Positions 7,662 to 11,644 of a stretch of 11,644 nt of DNA are shown piece by piece. Source of the DNA: a virus (taxonomy: Duplodnaviria; Heunggongvirae; Uroviricota; Caudoviricetes); the IMG/VR virus record IMGVR_UViG_2576861092_000008; one strand, written 5' to 3'. The notes under the pieces were generated by a model, which was given only the letters and a program-made list of their open reading frames with translations, made no database searches and had not been told where the DNA came from. The position numbers and the translations under genes were made by a program. Within the stretch, counting starts at the first letter, position 1; every line of letters starts with the position of its first letter.

Positions 7662-10600
7662 ATGGCAGTAAAGATTTCAGGTGTACTGAAAGACGGCACA
7701 GGAAAACCGGTACAGAACTGCACAATCCAGCTGAAAGCAAAACGTAACAGCACCACGGTGGTGGTGAACACGCTGGCCTCAGAAAATCCGGATGAAGCCG
7801 GGCGTTACAGTATGGACGTTGAGTACGGTCAGTACAGCGTTATTCTGTTGGTGGAAGGATTCCCGCCGTCACATGCCGGGACCATCACCGTGTATGAAGA
7901 TTCCCGACCCGGTACGCTGAATGATTTTCTCGGTGCCATGACGGAGGATGATGCCCGTCCTGAGGCACTGCGCCGTTTTGAACTGATGGTGGAAGAGGTG
8001 GCGCGTAACGCGTCCGCGGTGGCACAGAACACGGCAGCCGCGAAGAAGTCAGCCAGCGATGCCGGCACATCAGCACGTGAGGCGGCAACCCATGCGACTG
8101 ATGCTGCAGGCTCAGCACGCGCAGCCAGCACGTCAGCCGGACAGGCCGCGTCGTCGGCTCAGTCAGCATCTTCCAGCGCAGGAACGGCATCAACAAAGGC
8201 CAGTGAAGCATCGAAAAGTGCTGCTGCTGCAGAGTCCTCAAAAAGCGCGGCAGCTACCAGTGCCGCTGCGGCGAAAACGTCAGAAACGAATGCGGCAGCG
8301 TCACAACAATCAGCAGCCACTTCTGCATCCGCCGCGACCACGAAGGCGTCAGAAGCAGCCACCTCAGCACGGGATGCGGCGGCCTCAAAAGAGGCAGCGA
8401 AATCATCAGAAACGAATGCATCATCAAGTGCCAGTAGTGCAGCTTCCTCGGCAACGGCGGCAGGAAATTCCGCGAAGGCGGCAAAGACGTCCGAGACGAA
8501 CGCCAGGTCTTCTGAAACGGCAGCGGGACAGAGTGCCTCGGCTGCGGCAGGCTCAAAAACAGCGGCTGCGTCGTCTGCCAGTGCCGCGTCAACAAGTGCC
8601 GGGCAGGCCTCAGCCAGTGCCACCGCCGCCGGAAAATCGGCAGAAAGCGCCGCATCATCCGCTTCAACAGCCACAACGAAGGCTGGCAAAGCCACTGAAC
8701 AGGCCAGTGCAGCAGCAAGGTCTGCTTCCGCAGCGAAGACATCCGAGACGAACGCGAAAGCGTCGGAAACCAGCGCAGAATCCTCAAAAACGGCTGCCGC
8801 ATCGTCCGCCAGTTCGGCGGCGTCATCGGCATCATCGGCGTCTGCTTCAAAAGATGAGGCGACCAGACAAGCGTCCGCAGCGAAGGGCAGCGCCACGACA
8901 GCATCCACGAAGGCGACAGAGGCAGCTGGCAGTGCGACGGCGGCAGCACAGAGCAAAAGTACGGCGGAATCCGCGGCAACGCGCGCCGAGACAGCGGCAA
9001 AACGGGCAGAGGATATTGCATCCGCCGTGGCGCTTGAGGATGCAAGTACGACGAAAAAGGGGATAGTACAGCTCAGCAGTGCGACCAACAGTACGTCTGA
9101 AACGCTGGCGGCAACGCCAAAGGCAGTAAAATCAGCCTATGACAATGCAGAGAAACGTCTGCAGAAAGACCAGAACGGCGCTGATATACCCGATAAGGGA
9201 CGCTTCCTGAACAACATTAACGCGGTCAGTAAAACAGACTTTGCTGATAAGCGTGGTATGCGTTATGTGCGGGTTAACGCTCCTGCAGGTGCAACATCTG
9301 GAAAATATTACCCTGTTGTTGTTATGCGTTCTGCTGGCTCAGTAAGCGAACTGGCATCAAGGGTCATTATCACCACGGCAACGCGAACCGCAGGCGATCC
9401 GATGAATAACTGCGAGTTTAACGGATTTGTTATGCCTGGTGGCTGGACTGACAGGGGGCGTTATGCTTATGGAATGTTCTGGCAATATCAAAACAATGAA
9501 CGAGCCATCCACTCAATAATGATGAGTAATAAGGGCGATGATTTGCGCTCTGTGTTCTATGTTGATGGCGCTGCTTTCCCTGTTTTTGCGTTTATCGAAG
9601 ATGGCCTGTCAATATCCGCACCTGGTGCTGATCTCGTTGTTAATGATACGACCTATAAGTTTGGGGCAACAAATCCGGCGACTGAATGTATCGCGGCGGA
9701 CGTTATCCTTGATTTTAAGAGTGGGCGTGGTTTTTATGAGTCTCATTCGTTAATCGTTAACGATAACTTGTCGTGCAAAAAACTTTTTGCCACAGACGAA
9801 ATTGTAGCGCGTGGTGGTAATCAGATTCGAATGATAGGTGGGGAGTATGGTGCATTATGGCGTAATGATGGCGCTAAAACTCACCTGCTGCTTACCAATC
9901 AAGGTGATGTTTATGGTGGCTGGAATACATTAAGACCGTTTGCTATTGATAACGCAACCGGCGAACTGGTTATTGGAACCAAACTGTCCGCAAGTCTGAA
10001 CGGTAATGCATTAACAGCAACAAAGCTGCAAACGCCAAGACGGGTTTCTGGTGTTGAGTTTGATGGTTCCAAAGATATTACTTTAACCGCCGCGCATGTG
10101 GCTGCTTTTGCCAGAAGGGCAACGGATACATATGCCGATGCGGATGGTGGCGTTCCCTGGAATGCCGAATCAGGCGCTTACAATGTCACCCGCTCTGGCG
10201 ACAGCTATATTCTGGTTAACTTCTATACCGGAGTCGGAAGTTGCCGGACCTTGCAGATGAAGGCACATTACAGAAATGGAGGTCTGTTCTACCGTTCCTC
10301 AAGAGATGGCTATGGTTTTGAGGAAGACTGGGCAGAAGTTTATACCTCGAAAAATCTTCCACCAGAAAGCTACCCAGTCGGCGCACCAATCCCGTGGCCA
10401 TCAGATACCGTTCCGTCTGGTTATGCCCTGATGCAGGGGCAGGCTTTTGACAAATCTGCATACCCGAAACTTGCAGCGGCTTATCCGTCAGGCGTGATCC
10501 CTGATATGCGTGGCTGGACGATTAAGGGCAAACCTGCCAGTGGTCGGGCCGTATTGTCTCAGGAACAGGACGGCATTAAATCGCATACCCACAGCGCCAG

Positions 10601-11060
10601 CGCATCCAGTACGGATTTGGGGACGAAAACCACATCGTCGTTTGATTACGGCACTAAATCCACGAATAACACTGGTGCGCATACCCATAGTTTAAGTGGC
10701 AGCACGAATGCAGCTGGTAATCACAGCCATAGAGATGGCCGTCGATTTAACCCCAGTGTTTTTAAAGATACTTATCAATATGGTTATACAAGCTCAGGTC
10801 AAAATACCTGGGGTGTACAAGGCTCAGTAGGTATGTCTACGGGGTGGTTAGCTAATACCAGTACAGATGGTAATCATAGCCACTCACTGTCCGGCACAGC
10901 AGCATCTGCAGGTGCACACGCGCATACTGTCGGTATTGGTGCTCATACGCACTCCGTTGCGATTGGTTCACATGGACACACCATCACCGTTAACGCTGCT
11001 GGTAACGCGGAAAACACCGTCAAAAACATCGCATTTAACTATATTGTGAGGCTTGCATAA
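7662..11060 (+). CDS. stf: Side tail fibre protein Stf (intact, 1132 aa; mosaic)
   Basis: ATG 7662 gives [26 protein letters not shown]..., the lambda Stf (orf401) N-terminus as I recall it. Contains a long Ala/Ser/Thr-rich repeat region, a lower-GC central module, and a His-rich C-terminus ([27 protein letters not shown]) ending ...[11 protein letters not shown]. The GTG at 7629 used by the ORF track lies inside the terminator hairpin and is rejected. Confidence 0.9.
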   Translation: MAVKISGVLKDGTGKPVQNCTIQLKAKRNSTTVVVNTLASENPDEAGRYSMDVEYGQYSVILLVEGFPPSHAGTITVYEDSRPGTLNDFLGAMTEDDARPEALRRFELMVEEVARNASAVAQNTAAAKKSASDAGTSAREAATHATDAAGSARAASTSAGQAASSAQSASSSAGTASTKASEASKSAAAAESSKSAAATSAAAAKTSETNAAASQQSAATSASAATTKASEAATSARDAAASKEAAKSSETNASSSASSAASSATAAGNSAKAAKTSETNARSSETAAGQSASAAAGSKTAAASSASAASTSAGQASASATAAGKSAESAASSASTATTKAGKATEQASAAARSASAAKTSETNAKASETSAESSKTAAASSASSAASSASSASASKDEATRQASAAKGSATTASTKATEAAGSATAAAQSKSTAESAATRAETAAKRAEDIASAVALEDASTTKKGIVQLSSATNSTSETLAATPKAVKSAYDNAEKRLQKDQNGADIPDKGRFLNNINAVSKTDFADKRGMRYVRVNAPAGATSGKYYPVVVMRSAGSVSELASRVIITTATRTAGDPMNNCEFNGFVMPGGWTDRGRYAYGMFWQYQNNERAIHSIMMSNKGDDLRSVFYVDGAAFPVFAFIEDGLSISAPGADLVVNDTTYKFGATNPATECIAADVILDFKSGRGFYESHSLIVNDNLSCKKLFATDEIVARGGNQIRMIGGEYGALWRNDGAKTHLLLTNQGDVYGGWNTLRPFAIDNATGELVIGTKLSASLNGNALTATKLQTPRRVSGVEFDGSKDITLTAAHVAAFARRATDTYADADGGVPWNAESGAYNVTRSGDSYILVNFYTGVGSCRTLQMKAHYRNGGLFYRSSRDGYGFEEDWAEVYTSKNLPPESYPVGAPIPWPSDTVPSGYALMQGQAFDKSAYPKLAAAYPSGVIPDMRGWTIKGKPASGRAVLSQEQDGIKSHTHSASASSTDLGTKTTSSFDYGTKSTNNTGAHTHSLSGSTNAAGNHSHRDGRRFNPSVFKDTYQYGYTSSGQNTWGVQGSVGMSTGWLANTSTDGNHSHSLSGTAASAGAHAHTVGIGAHTHSVAIGSHGHTITVNAAGNAENTVKNIAFNYIVRLA
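8011..9010 (+). repeat. Ala/Ser/Thr-rich degenerate tandem repeat region within stf (coding low-complexity)
   Basis: Motif A-K-[TS]-S-E-T-N-A recurs with codon starts at 8271, 8397, 8481 and 8733, spacings of 126, 84 and 252 nt, all multiples of 42 nt. The high GC and low complexity generate long spurious ORFs in other frames on both strands. Confidence 0.7.
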
Positions 11061-11644
11061 TGGCATTCAGAATGAGTGAACAACCACGGACCATAAAAAT
11101 TTATAATCTGCTGGCCGGAACTAATGGATTTATTGGTGAAGGTGATGCATATATTCCGCCTCATACAGGTCTGCCAGCAAACAGTACCGATATTGCACCG
11201 CCAGATATTCCGGCAGGCTTCGTGGCTGTTTTCAACAGTGATGAGTCATCGTGGCATCTCGTTGAAGATCATCGGGGTAAAACGGTTTATGACGTGGCTT
11301 CCGGCGACGCGTTATTTATTTCTGAACTCGGTCCGTTACCGGAAAATGTTACCTGGTTATCGCCGGAAGGAGAGTTTCAGAAGTGGAACGGCACAGCCTG
11401 GGTGAAGGATACGGAAGCAGAAAAACTGTTCCGGATCCGGGAGGCGGAAGAAATAAAAAACAACCTGATGCAGGTAGCCAGTGAGCATATTGCGCCGCTT
11501 CAGGATGCTGCAGATCTGGAAATTGCAACGGAGGAAGAAATCTCGTTGCTGGAAGCATGGAAAAAGTATCGGGTATTGCTGAACCGTGTTGATACGTCAA
11601 CTTCACAGGATATTGAATGGCCAACAGTACCCATTATCGAATAG
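11060..11644 (+). CDS. tfa: Tail fibre assembly protein (chaperone for Stf)
   Basis: 194-aa [25 protein letters not shown]..., same length and near-identical sequence to lambda Tfa as I recall it. Its ATG overlaps the stf stop (TAATG), indicating translational coupling. Stop TAG at 11642-11644. Confidence 0.92.
   Translation: MAFRMSEQPRTIKIYNLLAGTNGFIGEGDAYIPPHTGLPANSTDIAPPDIPAGFVAVFNSDESSWHLVEDHRGKTVYDVASGDALFISELGPLPENVTWLSPEGEFQKWNGTAWVKDTEAEKLFRIREAEEIKNNLMQVASEHIAPLQDAADLEIATEEEISLLEAWKKYRVLLNRVDTSTSQDIEWPTVPIIE

Noticed and set aside
8011-9010. Possible CRISPR-like or noncoding tandem repeat
   Set aside because: The repeats are in-frame degenerate codon repeats inside stf, not direct repeats separated by unique spacers. 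No CRISPR architecture is present anywhere in the window.
8059-9088. Three long ORFs (one + strand at 8059-9066, two - strand at 8159-9088 and 8254-9045) inside the stf repeat region
   Set aside because: They are produced by the low-complexity GC-rich Ala/Ser codon repeats of stf. Their translations are extreme low-complexity (Arg/Pro/Gln-rich or Ala/Asp-rich) and they overlap the true stf frame.

Overview
This window is the distal tail-morphogenesis region of a lambda-like (lambdoid) enterobacterial prophage, all on the + strand: 3' end of tape-measure gene H, then M, L, K, I, J, the outer-membrane moron lom, side tail fibre stf and tail-fibre assembly tfa. Gene identities rest on reading the translated ORFs against remembered phage lambda proteins; no database search was run. 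The standout feature is a ~470 bp AT-rich insertion between I and J, which are adjacent in lambda as I recall it. The insertion carries a 112-aa predicted lipoprotein gene with its own intrinsic terminator and is the best candidate for an undescribed accessory function, possibly receptor-masking superinfection exclusion. The stf gene is intact and mosaic: an Ala/Ser-rich segment with 14-codon periodicity, a lower-GC central module, and a His-x-His-rich C-terminus. Long ORFs antisense to L/K, J and lom, and ORFs inside the stf repeat region, are judged to be composition artefacts.
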